Origin: Microthyrium microscopicum
Lineage: Eukaryota
Direction: 5' to 3'
Length of the DNA: 64,000 nt
Assembly (NCBI GenBank): GCA_010405405.1
Contig: MU004242.1
Location: 977,769 to 1,041,768, forward strand
Shown here: piece by piece, positions 37,379 through 50,507 of the stretch
Layout of the letters: the number at the start of each line of letters is the position of its first letter
How positions within the stretch are numbered: position 1 is the stretch's first letter
Notes under the pieces: generated by a model
Told to the model about the DNA's origin: nothing
Database searches by the model: none
The model's input: the letters and a program-made list of their open reading frames with translations, nothing else
Made by a program: the position numbers and the translations under genes

Positions 37379-38329
37379 GATGACTAGTCTTTCTTATTTA
37401 ATACTATCACACTCATCAGCAATGTACTCTATGACAACAATATGACACGCGACGCGAAACTCGTCTCGTAGAGCTTTGGGCGGGGAAGCGACAGCAGACA
37501 CCCAGGCGCGAACGCGCCCAAGCATGCGCGCACACAAGATAGTAAAAAAGAAGTAGTGACTTACAGAGATGTTTAGAAGGCGACGATAATAGACGCGAAA
37601 GATTCGGAATTGAAGGGCGGTGTGGAGGGAATATGGATGGGAATGGGCAAAGTTGTTGTTGTGAAGATGGAAAGCTGAAGTTGGGAAAAAGGGCGAGGGG
37701 ACAGAGCCCTTGATAAATGGGCGGGCTGGGGGAACTCGCTCTGCTCAACACTGCCAACTGAACCTGCTCACGCGCGTTGGAATCTGGGGCTTTGCTTCCT
37801 GTCTTTTCCTGCTAATAAACCTCTGATAGGTTTATTATGGTTCTTGTGTGCCTACTGATATTTTTTATTTCGTTTGTGAGCTTGTTGTTGTTGCTTTACT
37901 TATCTTAGAAGAACTCGTGTTTCTTACAGTGTGTATGAACTGCCGAAACCTGAAGCTCTTCCAAAATGAAGGCGATAAATCAAAACAAACCCGTCCCCGT
38001 TTCCTCACTTTCTACGTGTCTGGACTCTCTGCACCCTCTTGTTTTAATTCCCCAGGAATGTGGTTTGAATAAATTATTTGTTTTGCATTGGATATTTGAA
38101 GCCTTGCAGCCTTCTTTCTTCTATTATTCCCTTCCCGTAACCCTTTTTCGTAAACACGTAAATCATGACTGCTCTATCTGTACTCTGCCCACCCATCCTC
38201 AATTTCTTGCGCCATGCCAGCAGTTACTGCCGACATCCCCTCTACATCCTCATTAAGCGCCCTCCCCTTTGTGTTGTTTGGCAATGCGAAATAAAAATTA
38301 TTTACGCGCCTGGCATGCATACCACAGGT

Positions 38330-41300
38330 TCAAACTGCCTTCTTATACATGCTCTTGGACATGCTATCAATTGTTAGCCTCTATCTCAAACCGGAAGTGA
38401 AGTAACTTACAACTCAAAGAATGCAAATGGGCTCGAATTTGTACCATACTGGTACACAAATCGACTAGCCAAGTAGCTTCCTATAAATTTGTTAGTATCT
38501 ATAACCCATTTTGTGAAGCCATCATGGAGTATCTTACCAAAGATAGCGCGCAAGTAATTGTCTGGAACACGCTTCAATATCGTCTTGAGACCAATCTGAT
38601 CCAACAACAACTTTGGCAACGCATCGCCCAACACGCTAACACGGAATTGCTCATCATGCCACAGATCAGATTCCTGCAACTCCTCATCCATGCTTGTAAT
38701 CGCAATGCTGAGCTTATCTGACAGCACACTGCGTGGCACGCCAGTCTCCTGGTGCTCGCGCCAAATAGCCTCAAACTCCAGACGTGCGTTGCGCTTGATG
38801 ACTTCTTGAATTTCCTTGACGTACTGGTTGTAGAACTCGGGAATGTTGCCATCCGCGTCAACGCACATGTACTTGAGGAAACCTGCATCGTCAAAGCATA
38901 GTGACGCTAGCACCTCGTGGGAAGACGAAGTGACCCCACCCTTGTTGGCCGAGGCGTCTTTGTAGAGAATGCAACCAGCTTTTTCGAGACGGAGTTTTGC
39001 GTCCTGCGTGATGAAGAGATTGGCGCCTTCGACAATGTATGGGATTGTGCATTTGCCATCGACGATGAGTTTGTTGGCGGAGCTGATGTCGATAGACTCC
39101 GGACGGCCACCGCAGGGAACGAACAAATCGTACTGACCTTGACGGAGATGGAAAGTGTTGCGGAAAGCGGTGCCATTGTGCACCATCTCGCCTGATGGCA
39201 GGCGGACGTTGGTTTGGTCAACTAGCACGCGATATCCTTCGCTTGATAGCTTGGAATCATCGTACTCAGATATCATGACACGATTTTTGGCAAGACGAAG
39301 CAGTTCGTTTCGATCAAGACCATGTGGATCTACGAGAACTCCAGCGCCATCAACAATAGCAGTGTAGCGTTCATTGCCGAGCAAAATCTCGTTAGATCCA
39401 AGATCACCATCAGGTCCACCAGTTTGCAACTTGGATACCTTGCTTGGGTCCAAGTTGAGCTTGCGATAGATACCCAGAACATACTCGCGAACAGACAATG
39501 TCGTCATGCCGTAGCGATCGTGAGGAATACCACCCAGCTTGGGACTCTTGCCAGTGAAGAATGACTTCCAGAATGGTGCTCCACGAACACGAGCATGTTC
39601 AGTAGCCCAGTCAACCAAGTCGGCCGTATTCTCATCTGGTCCAAGGAATAGAATCTCTGGTTTTCCGTACAGATCGACAATTGGGTCCTTGATACCAGGG
39701 CTTTCCGGAGGAAGAAGGAGATCCAAGATGCTGTCAATGTACTTTTCGAATGCAACCTTGGCCTTGTCTTGGTGTCGAGGGCTGAGAAGAATAACACCCT
39801 TGGCACCACCTTCTGGAATGTCCTTGTTTTTGCGCTGTTGGGTGTTTGCAAGGTTGTAGTTTTCGTCAAAGAGAGATCGAACGTTAATAACGTAAGCTTC
39901 TCGACTTCGAGACTTGACGATACGAATGCCACCACGAGCAATATCACGGAACCGTAGATGAAAGCCTCTGAACTCAGAGCTAATGACCAAGAACATTCCA
40001 TACAATGGCTGAGGGTACTCCTGTGGAGGCAAGAAGCTTGGGTTGAAGCGGAAGCTCAGAGCGACCTTGGTTGGAGTGTAGAAGTTGGTCTTTTGGACAA
40101 ACTTGTTGAAGACATGGAAGCTAGACATGACCAAGGCATGATGCTCATTGGAAGTGTCTTCTCGAATCGCTTTTTGTAATTCTTCATCGGTCATGGGCTT
40201 GTCCACCTTGATTCTCAGAAAGCTGAGCGTCGGTAGAAAGTCGTCCTGCTCTCGAGATTGAACATAGTGACTGTTCGCAAAGTTCAGATAAAGAGAGTGA
40301 ACCAGCTCAGGATACTCGGCAATGATTTCCAGAAGATAATCCGAAGTGAACGTCTCTGCTCTCAGTCTTCGCTTCAGCTTCGACAACAGTTCTGCGTGCA
40401 CACTGTTGTCAGTGTCCAAGACTGACAGGAGTGTAGTGTATTCTGAGCCAAGACGGTTGATGAAGTGATTTGAAAAGACCCAGACGCAATGAGCGTAGAT
40501 TGTCTCCTGCAAACTCAAACGACCAGTAGCAAAGTGGGATTGGAACTTGTTTTGCGGAATGCAGTACAGGAGAGAAAGTTCCTTGACAATCTGGTGAATC
40601 GAAGACTCGATTGGAATGTTTCGAGGAGTGTAAATGTCGCTGGATGCTGGTTTGAGGTACACGCTGATGATGGTGTATCCATTGGCAAATTGCTCCACAT
40701 ACTTTCTCGATGAAGTGAGACCGTAGTAGTGGTACAGATCGCTCATGGCGCTGAACAAACCCAAAGCTGAACCTTGCTTGTACGCGATGACTAGGCGCTT
40801 TTCTATAGTGCCATAAATATCATAGTACTCGATCACCGGACCGGTTCGACCAGCTGCATTAGTAAGGAGCTGTTGATACATGTCCTTTGTGTTTTTTGTT
40901 GCCTTTTGCAAAAAGCGCTTGTCACCAACTTTCTCAATATCGGTTTCCGTCTCCGCAAACTCGCCTTCATTGAATTGATTCTGGTAGACAAAATAGCAGC
41001 GAAGCATATTGTCTTGACTTCCAGGAAGCAAGCTATTTGAGCGGAAAGTTTCCACGCGGTAGCTGCGAGTTTGGTTTGAGCCATTGAGATACTTTTCGTC
41101 GATGCGTTCCTCATAGCGAGGCCCATCCATACGAGTGATACCCGGTTTGCTGGTGTCAATGTATACGGCATGGTCTGAGGCTTCTTTGTCGAGGCGAATT
41201 TCGACATGACTATCGTCTCGTGCATAAGCGGCGACTTTGGCAGCATAGAGGGAATGGATGTGTGCCACAATGCTGTCTATCGTCAGTGGCGGTGTCCTTC

Positions 41301-41724
41301 CGCTTGTAAGCGAAAACTTACGCATGGGTAGTTTCAGTCTGGAAATATTGATCGTCAATTCCGAGCTCATTGTAGAACCACTTGACTTCTGTTTCGACGA
41401 ATTCTGAAGGAATAAAGTTTTTGACTTCAACAGCATCCATGACCCTTGGCTTGTTAGTGCAAGAACCCATTTTAGTGGTGCGACGCGAGCTTACTTTTCC
41501 ATTTGTTCATCTTTACCCTCGAATTTGGGGGCTAAGTATCCGGACCCTTCTTCATGCAACACTTTGTGCGGATATGGCTGAGGTCGACCAGGCACACTCA
41601 GGTGTGTAGGTTGTGGAGATGGCATACGATCTGGAGTTCGAATGATTTGATCGAGGAGTTTGTTGGTGGGCTTGAGACCGCCAGGAACATTTTCCTGGCG
41701 AACAGGTAGTGGTGAATTTGACAT
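38330..41724 (-). CDS. GDH2: NAD-specific glutamate dehydrogenase
   Basis: GFHLRFRDIARGGIR, KNKDIPEGGAKG, GPDENTA, QTGGPDGDLGSNEI, VEGANLF, KDASANKGGV; introns 41445-41494, 41273-41321, 38481-38537, 38364-38410. Confidence 0.97.
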
Positions 41725-43742
41725 GATGGATTGGAGGATTGGGGAGGATAGCAACTTGAGTTGCGCCTTGAAAGGTCTGGTGGGGAGTCAGATAAGTACT
41801 CTACAGGAGAGCTGATGAAACGGTGAGACACCGATAAGTAATGTCGGAGAGCTCAAATTGCGGTCAAGACAAAGTACTAAGTACACCAGAACAACTGGCG
41901 ATTCAATTGACTGCAATGATTCCAATCTACTGCGCTTTATTGTCGAGTACTCTGTTTCCCATAGAATTGGCGATGAATACAAATCATCCCAAGGCTAGAG
42001 AAATGAGGCTTCGAGAATAAAGCGCGGCCAATTGCAGCCATTGCAGTGCCAGTCATCCTACCCAGCCATTGAGTCGCAGGTTTGCTGGGGAATGTACAAA
42101 ATCAAAGTCTCAAAGGTAACGTACTGGTCTTATCAGACTCAGACAGAAAGCTGACAATCTGAAGGCAAATGATGGGTGTGACAAGCAGCTGAGAAACAGC
42201 AGATGGATAGCTCAGACGGTGTCTGACACAGCTAACAATGAGGCTGATTGGAGCTTCGGAGCTAGGAGGGGTTGAGAAGGCTGAGTTTGTTGTGGAAGTT
42301 TAGAGGAGAAAGAGATGTGTAGCAATTGAGGTTCAGGATGAAGAGTTTTAAATAGCAAGAGAGAAAAAGTGCAGGAGAAGAAAGGATCAAAATCTTCTGG
42401 GGATTAAGTAATAAGAGTGGAGAAGGTGAAGGGCAAAAATCAAGTTGACGATGCAACGTTTCGCGTCACCTCAACTTTCAAGGCTGGCCACGGCAAGGCT
42501 GTCGATGCAATTGGCAACTCGAGCCACGCGCCCTTGAAGCTGCTAAGCGGTCGGATAGGGTAGCCCACCTTGTCGATGCGGTTGGAGCTGAATTGGCTCT
42601 TTTGGTATTTGATTTTGATGTCTAGGTGTAAATTGAAGCTGAAGGTGGGCAAAAGTTCACGATAGCCCAAATTGAGCTGCTGACCGCTGAGTATGTTTGG
42701 TGGTGGACTAGAATGGCAAGAACGACCCAGAATTCCGCAATGCTGAATGCTCAGCCCCGCCTGCCCCTCGTGCCTTTCTTTGGTTCCTGACTAGTTCCCT
42801 ATCCGGCTAGCTTCACCACTAGCGCATCAACTGATGGACAAATTAATTGGCCTTCTCCCATCAGCGTCGATGGCTCCCACGACCGCTTCTAATGAAAAGG
42901 TATTATATTTCGCATCGCATTCAGTGAAATGCCTGGTCTGAACTCGCTCCATGGCAGATCGTCTTGTATGGGAGCCATCGCACTCGCTGGGAGTGCGCCA
43001 TTTACTTTGTCGACCCCTTACGGATAGCCTTTTGTTTAGATGTAAGAGGGAGAACGTGACCTTTGTCGCCGTCTCTCGAGCGAATCAATCAGAGGCATCG
43101 TGATATGTCAGAGACTTTTGAATTCCTGCCCGCCTTTTCCGACTTGTCCACCAAAACGTAATAACTTCCTTCTTTTTCCTGCATCGTGACATTGTTTGGC
43201 GTCCGAGGCGTGGCCACATTATATTGGTCATCATCTTGATGCTTCAGATTTCCGCTGTTCGCTTTCTATCGTGACGCTGGCTCATTCTTGCTAATAGTTT
43301 TGTAAGTTCGAGAAAAGTCTCCACGTGGCAGAGATCCAGCCATCCGAGTACTTCATGGAAGAAATGAGAAAACGCCGAGAATCTCGCCCTCTTGGTTGTG
43401 CATGTCCACAGCGCTGTCAAACTTCTATCGTGCTCATTTCAAGGAATGCATGTTCCGTTTGTGAAGCAACTCAAGGAATCGTCCATTTAAGCCATGCCAC
43501 AAAGATTTATATACTTTCTAGTAAGCTAATTAGTTGCAGACGAGGAACAGATCAAGATTACTTCAATTGATATACATCTATCATCAGTATATACATAGCT
43601 GGGAGCAAGGAACCAAAGATTTACCAATAAACCGTCCAGTCTTTGCAATGAAGAACAGACAAATAACGAAGCTCTACTCAATCAAAACCGCTCCAAGGTC
43701 AATCCACTATTACACCACTCCAAAAAAGCAACAGACCGCCCA

Positions 43743-45195
43743 TCACCATCGGAACAGCCTCCCCATCTTCAAAAACACACTCCATCCACCCATACAAGTC
43801 GACAATCCCACATAAACAATCAACGGCCCGTATATCGTGCCATATCCGAACTTTCCCAGCACATGCTCCCCACCAACTTTGACCAACTGCACACCAACCA
43901 AGCCACCACTCACAAAGCCCACTCCCCTCGCTCCATTGAACAGCCCATATACCATCCCACTATCAATCGCCTCATTGCGTTCTCCAGCTTCCTTTTCCAT
44001 TTCCTTTAGCACGCCTCCCCACGTTGCACTGTATGCGCCCGCAAAACAGCCATAGATGATAGAGAAGAGGATAAGGAGAGCCATGCTATGTGATCCGGAG
44101 CCGGCGATGCCCCAGAGGAGAAAGGCGGAGAGGCCGGATGCGAAGGCGGAGATGGCGACGACGGTGGATGCGGACAGGCGGACGTGTTTGTTGTCGGAGA
44201 GGAGGCCGAAGAGGGAGGATGAGAGAATGCCTGGTGCGTTGAACAGGGTTATTAACAGTGTGGACGTTGCGGCACTTGCGTGCGCGACGTCATGCGCGTA
44301 AGTGTTTAGGTATGTTTGCGGTAACCCATATCCTGAACTCTGTAGCGCAATGGCAACGACATAGATCCAGAATGTGCGGTGGGTTAGGAACGTCCATGGT
44401 ATTTTGCGTGCTCTGAACGGGCGTGTTTGGGTGGTCGAACCCATGGGCATGAGAAAGACAGCTGCGAGTGCAAGGGCGCCTGATAGACCGGCCCAGATTC
44501 GCATGGTGGTGCGGAAGCCGTGGTGCGAGAGAAGGTAGTTAATGAGAAAGGGGCAGACGGAGCCGGTGATGTTCTTTGCGGAGAGGACTACTGCTAAGGC
44601 GACAGCGCGGTTGTGGGTGGCGTAGGACTCGCTGAGGGTGAGGGTCGTTGGGCTGTAGAGTAGCGCTGAGCCGAGGGCGGCGAGGACTCCTTGGGTTAGA
44701 ACAAGTTGCCATGCGGCGGTGCTCCAGGACGAGAGTAGGTAGCTGATTGATGTGAGCACAAGACCAGCATATGCGGAGGCGCGACGGTGATGTGCCCAGC
44801 GACGGGACAGAGCTGCGAAGAGAAGTGGCATGGAGAGATAGATGACGCCGTTAGAGGTGGTGCCGATTACACCGGCAGCTGATGGGTTTCCTTTGAATGT
44901 CCAGTGGGTCGTGTAGTACTCTTGGAAGATACCGTAGGTCATTGGGAAGCCTGTGGATGTTAAGTTGGTATGGTAATATAGACGGTGCAGTATACATACC
45001 CCATATTGGGAGTTGAAGGATTGCATTACCTAGCAAAACCCATATTCTCTTTCTGCTTGCTGCTTGAGTGGACACATTATCTCCCATAGAGAACGCTTGT
45101 ATCTCTCGATCCGGTTCATCTGTGGTTGCAAAGCGGTGCGGAGATAGGTCGACTTGAGCTGTCTCGTCCACATCTTGATTGTGTCTTCGGTCCAT
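43743..45195 (-). CDS. MFS transporter, monocarboxylate (MCT/Mch)-like
   Basis: W|GFPMTYGIFQEYY, LVLTQGVLAALG, many TM helices; intron 44951-44999. Confidence 0.88.
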
Positions 45196-45338
45196 TTTGA
45201 ATTTGAGAGGGTTGTCAAGACAGTTGGTGCATAACTGTAATGGTTGTCATCAATAGTTGATAGTCGAAAGCCAGTTTCAAGTATTTGATTGTATTATGGA
45301 CAATCTCAACATACAGTCGTATTGTCGATCGTCGTGTA

Positions 45339-45347
45339 ATGACTCAT
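45339..45347. promoter_or_regulatory. Optimal Gcn4/CpcA site ATGACTCAT upstream of the MFS gene
   Basis: Exact 9-bp consensus about 145 bp upstream of the ATG. Confidence 0.45.
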
Positions 45348-45834
45348 TTCACGATATCATTTGCTTAGAAGCTAATGCTTTGGTTGATACTGTAGTGGGA
45401 AGTATCTACCCGAATTCGGAAGCTCAATGGTTGACAACCGAAAACTCTGTACAAGGTCGACTCAAGATTACTGTTTATAGATCCTCTGATAGGTCAGATG
45501 GCGATACTAAGTATGATAAGAGAACATCCAAATGGACATACGATGTTACTCAAGGCTGCTCGCGTGCCCATTGAGTTGCGATAGTTGGGGCAATTGTGGG
45601 GTGGAGGATGCCGAAAGAATGCGAAGCATCGCCAGGATTAAAGCTGTTTTGACATCATTTCCATGGGAACTAAAGCTGATGAGGCAAGTCTATCCACCAC
45701 TTCAAGAATGAGTTTGATGTTTGACTATTTTGATTTTTTTAGTTCTTCGCAGGAAAGACTCGGTTCAACTCTGGTTGAGGAGAAATTCTAGGACAAAACA
45801 GTCCATTTTGGAGATGATGTTCTTGTCAACTGGG

Positions 45835-47378
45835 TCAATGTCCATTCGAAAGGCCCTTATTACTCCTATGTTCTCTTAACAGCTTGAGTTCTTCCGCATC
45901 TTGAGCAACCCATTCATCTGAGCCAGCAGGAAGTCTTTCGTGCTTCCATTGTTTACCAGACGAACCGTACGCAGTTGAGATCTGCCCTGAACCTCTGATC
46001 AACCATCGATATATGGTTAACCCTTCCAATCCCACTGGCCCACGAGCGTGTATCTTGTTGGTACTTATGCCCACTTCGGTGCCAAAGCCAAATCTTTGAC
46101 CATCTGCCATTCTCGTTGATGTGTTCCAGAAGACACCTGCAGAATCTACAGATGCTAAGAACTGTTCTGCAATTCCAGAATTCGTAGTTAGAATAGCATC
46201 AGTATGACCAGAAGAGTGGGCGTTGATATGAGCAACTGCGAGCACCAATGAAGTTTCGGCCGATGACTGTGTAGGAATTGTTTTCACTGCCAGTATTGAG
46301 TCGAGATATTCTGTGTTGTAATCTTCATCTGTGGCGTCCTTGACTTTGGATAGCTGTTCCGAGCTGAGTTTTGAAAGAGCCTTCTTTGATAATTCATCAC
46401 ATCTCAGCTCCACGCCCTTTGCAACCAACGCTTCAGCGACTGGGACAAATTTGGACTCCAAAGCATCTTGATCAACAAGCAGTGTTTCCACGCTGTTGCA
46501 AGCTGCAGGATAACTAAGCTTGGCATCCAAGAGTATGTTCACCGCCATCTCCGTCTCGCAGTCAGCCCGCAGGTACGTCGAGCATAGACCATCGGCATGG
46601 CCCATAACTGGTATAGTTGTTCCATCCTTGACAGATCGCACTAGCTCGTTGCCGCCTCGTGGAATGACCAGATCAATGTATTGGTCTAGTTTTAAGAGGG
46701 GAGCAATCGCATCTCGCGTTTGTACTAGCTGAATGGCGTCGTTTGGTACTTTCGATTTCGTTAAAGCTTCCGATACGATGGTCGCTATAGCTTTGAATGA
46801 TTCTATGGATTCCTTTCCACCTATAGCATGTTAGAACAAGTTGGTCGTAGAGTGCAAAGCCCATACCTTTTAGGATTGCAGCGTTCCCAGATTTTATCGC
46901 TAATGAAGCGATGTTTGCGATAACTTCTGGGCGAGCTTCGAATATGATGAGAAGTACACCAATTGGGCTCGATTTCCGTTCGAGAACAAGCCCATCATCT
47001 AGTAAGGTCCGATAATCCACCTTGCCAACTGACTTATATGAGCACGAAAGGCTACGCTTCCTGGGAAGAGAGCTTACGCGGATCATCCAATCCTCTCACG
47101 TCTAGAATTCCTTGTAGCATGTCCTCATATTTGCCCTTCTTCCCAAGATCTAGCCGCTTCACCAAACTTTGGCTGAGCTGACCACTAGTCACTGCTTTGT
47201 TGGCTACCTCAAGATCCCTTGCATTCGCCTCTAGTACTGTGGCCTTTGCGCCTAGTAGAGCATCGTGTATGGCTGTCAGCGCATCGTTTCGGTCAGAATT
47301 CTCGAGGACGGCGAGTTTGCGGGATGCGAGTCGAGCAGCGGAGGCTGCTTGTTCAGGAGAGGCATTGGTTAAAGACAT
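45835..47378 (-). CDS. PRO2: Gamma-glutamyl phosphate reductase
   Basis: [78 protein letters not shown]; introns 47029-47077, 46821-46866. Confidence 0.96.
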
Positions 47379-47460
47379 TACTGGAAGAGACGGACTGATA
47401 TGAGTTAGAGAAGAAGTGTTCGGACGCGGGAATGGCTTACTGATTAAGCTGAGAAAGGGG

Positions 47461-47467
47461 TGAGTCA
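47461..47467. promoter_or_regulatory. Gcn4/CpcA core site TGAGTCA upstream of PRO2
   Basis: 7-bp consensus 83 bp upstream of the ATG of an amino-acid biosynthetic gene. Confidence 0.45.
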
Positions 47468-48273
47468 ACAACCCCTTCATACAAACAAACCTCTCAAATA
47501 TTTTCAATCATTCGCAAATCGCGGGGATAGTGAAGACGCCTCTAAGACCGAGTGGATCCTTGCTCGGCATGCCGAGACCCTGCATGGCAGCATGACATCT
47601 GGTCGGGCCACAGCCCTGCCACGTGCATTTGACGCTCCTACCACCACACCACACAAACCCCTCGTTGTGATGGTAAACATGATAACCCTTTCAATTCTTG
47701 CCAACACTTTCTATAATTTAGCGATAAAGAATTGATTGACCGACGACCAGGCGGAATCAGAGAAGCCAGGTGTTTGATGACATCGTCGTGTTTTCGCCCG
47801 TTGCGTTTGGGTCGACCCCTGGCGAATTCGTTGTCTCTCCAACCTCACTTTTTTTTTTCAGCCTCCATCTTAAAATCTTGTGTATCCCAACCACTCGGCG
47901 CTTTTCCAAGTAAATCAACCAATTCAAAGCTACATGCCCCTATTATCAGGGTCTTGCCTGTCTCGACCGCTAAATTTCCTTCCATCGAGATTGGTCCATC
48001 TTGCGCATGACGTGTGTTGACAGCTGGCTAGTGGCTGGTACGAGTATTCCAGGCTAAGCAGATCGCTTGATATACCGCAGTCTCTCCAACTCGGTTCCCA
48101 TACACTTATCCATTTCTGCGTCTTCCCGTACAAACATTTGTCTTCGCTATTGACTTTGACTTTTTCTTTCCGTTTTGCTGTTGATATCCCAGCCTCGCAT
48201 TGGAATAATCTGTACAGTCCGGTCCGCCTACTTTCTCCCTCACACCTCCGAAGTACATAACCTTACACACATA

Positions 48274-49641
48274 ATGAAGTGGTTCACGTCGATACCGCAG
48301 TCGTTGCTAGCCGTCATACTTCTCGCTATCCCCTCATCAGCACAAACGTATTCCAACTGCAACCCACTCACTGGAGGAACATGCCCCGCCGATTCCGCGC
48401 TCGGCTCATCGGTCACGATAGACTTCACTAAAGGCGGCTCTGATAGTTTCACCGCCCAAGGAAGCCCGTCATACACTAGCAATGGTGCTGGTTTCACAGT
48501 CGCCAAATCTGGAGACTCGCCGCAATTGACGTCAAAATGGTACATTATGTTCGGCCACGTCGAAGTGGTATCGAAAGCAGCGCCGGGTGCTGGCATTGTT
48601 AGTAGTTTCGTGCTACAGTCAGACGACCTTGACGAGATTGATTGGGAATGGCTTGGGGCAGACCCAGATCAAGTACAAACAAATTATTTCGGCAAAGGAC
48701 AAACTACTACCTACAACAGAGGCGCTTTCAGTGCCAACTCCGGTTCGCAGAGCGCATATCACACCTATACTATCGACTGGACATCCACACAAATAGTCTG
48801 GCAAATCGATGGCAAGACCGTGCGAGTTTTGACACCTGCGACTGCAGAAGCCAACCAATACCCTCAAACGCCAATGCAAATCAAGGTTGGATCATGGAGC
48901 GGTGGTGACTCTGCAAACCCGGCAGGAACAATCGCGTGGGCAAAAGGACCAACCGACTATACGAAAGGGCCGTTTACTATGTATGTCAAAAGCATAGCAG
49001 TGACCGACTACAGTACTGGCACCCAGTACAAGTATACCGGCACCACTGGAAACTGGCAGAACATTCAAGCGGTGGGTGGTACCATCAGCGGCAACAGTAA
49101 TGGTAAATCACCATCGTCTGTCTCCGCCTCGGCCCCAGCTATCACCAGTCTATCTTCTGGTGGACCAATCCCCTTCCAAGGAACCACACTTTACCCTCAA
49201 GCAACCGGCACCAAAAGCCAATATACTGTTACATACACCAACTATCCAGGCCTACCAAGTGGCTGGACAGTAACACAATCCGGAAAGGTAGTGCCTCCCA
49301 GTAGTGCAGCGTCTGACACCCGTACGTTTCTTTCTAACTGTATCATGAGCTTATACTAACTTTTCAACTAGACGGCAACCACGCCAGTATCCTCGCTGCC
49401 ACCTGCTTCATCTTCGGTCTCACAATCACGGGGAGGCTCTTCTCTTAGGGTCACGACAAGTAGTAGCGGAATTCTATCCTCCACTTCTGCTGCTCCGCCC
49501 GTCCCACCAGTCTCTAATCAGGGCTCTTCGACCTCGGTGTTGGGCAAGCCTAATTGGACGGTAGAGGTAACCACTCTACGTTCTTTGTTGGTTGCCATGA
49601 CATCGATGATTACTTTCATTTTTATTTTTGGCATATTGTAA
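48274..49641 (+). CDS. Crh-family GH16 chitin-glucan transglycosylase, GPI-anchored; alternative C-termini ending at 49448 or 49641
   Basis: Signal peptide, CNPL..CP, YIMFG, GIVSS, catalytic DEIDWE, QTNYFGKG, YPQTPM; last intron donor at 49322 with acceptors at 49371 or 49387. Confidence 0.9.
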
Positions 49642-49988
49642 AGAGACCACGGCATCGAAAGAGATACTCATGTATATACCACCACCACAGCATAGCAAGG
49701 CGTTTCTTGGCGGCTACGACACGGCACGTCGTAATGATTAAACTTAATCATAGAATTGGCTTCCTTTGTGAAGTCGTAATTGAAAATCAATTTCCTTTCA
49801 ATATTTTCATTGTTGATCGATTGATCCTTTGTTCACTTGGCACTCTCGAAAGCGTTAACTACCTGGTTTCTTCCAAGAATTTGTAGTTTATCTGCTTCAT
49901 AACGATAAAACTCGAATGGGAGAAGTTTCACTTTATATATAATGTCCCAAGAACTTCTGATATCTGGCTAATTATAACTATAAGCATC

Positions 49989-50507
49989 ATGTTTGACTCT
50001 AGATGGCTTCATCAAATACCCGGTAACTCATCCGCGCGAACAGAAAGCAGCACTCAACCATCCGCGATATCCGGAGCTCAGACTGGGGAAGTTGATGATT
50101 CGTACCAGTTAGTTTCGCATGGCCAAGATATTCAGTATACACCGTGGTGGTATGAGGAAGTCCAAGCGATGAATCTTCAAGACAAATCAATCCAAGAGAT
50201 TCGTACCCTTATTCTCAAACATCTGGGGTTATTTTGGATTCATGAGAGAGACATATTGCGGATGCTCGATAGCATTTCGCCAAAATTGCACATCACTGGA
50301 TCACCGTATCTTGATAAGAAGAAGAACCTTGAACTAAAACCTCTTTCTAAACAAAGACAGGCCCGGCAGCAAGCTGAGATCAAGAAGAAGCATTTGCCGG
50401 GCGTCAAAGTGTTGGAAACACGGCGGAAGCTGTCAAAAGGCTCAAACCAGGCGACTCTCCCGCGGAGGAGTAGACGGATTGAGAATGTGGCCAAGCGAAA
50501 GGCTTGA
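49989..50507 (+). CDS. Hypothetical protein with basic, NLS-like C-terminus
   Basis: 172-aa ATG ORF in good context (catcATG) downstream of a TATA-like tatatataa; ends PRRSRRIENVAKRKA; no recognisable domain. Confidence 0.4.
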   Translation: MFDSRWLHQIPGNSSARTESSTQPSAISGAQTGEVDDSYQLVSHGQDIQYTPWWYEEVQAMNLQDKSIQEIRTLILKHLGLFWIHERDILRMLDSISPKLHITGSPYLDKKKNLELKPLSKQRQARQQAEIKKKHLPGVKVLETRRKLSKGSNQATLPRRSRRIENVAKRKA

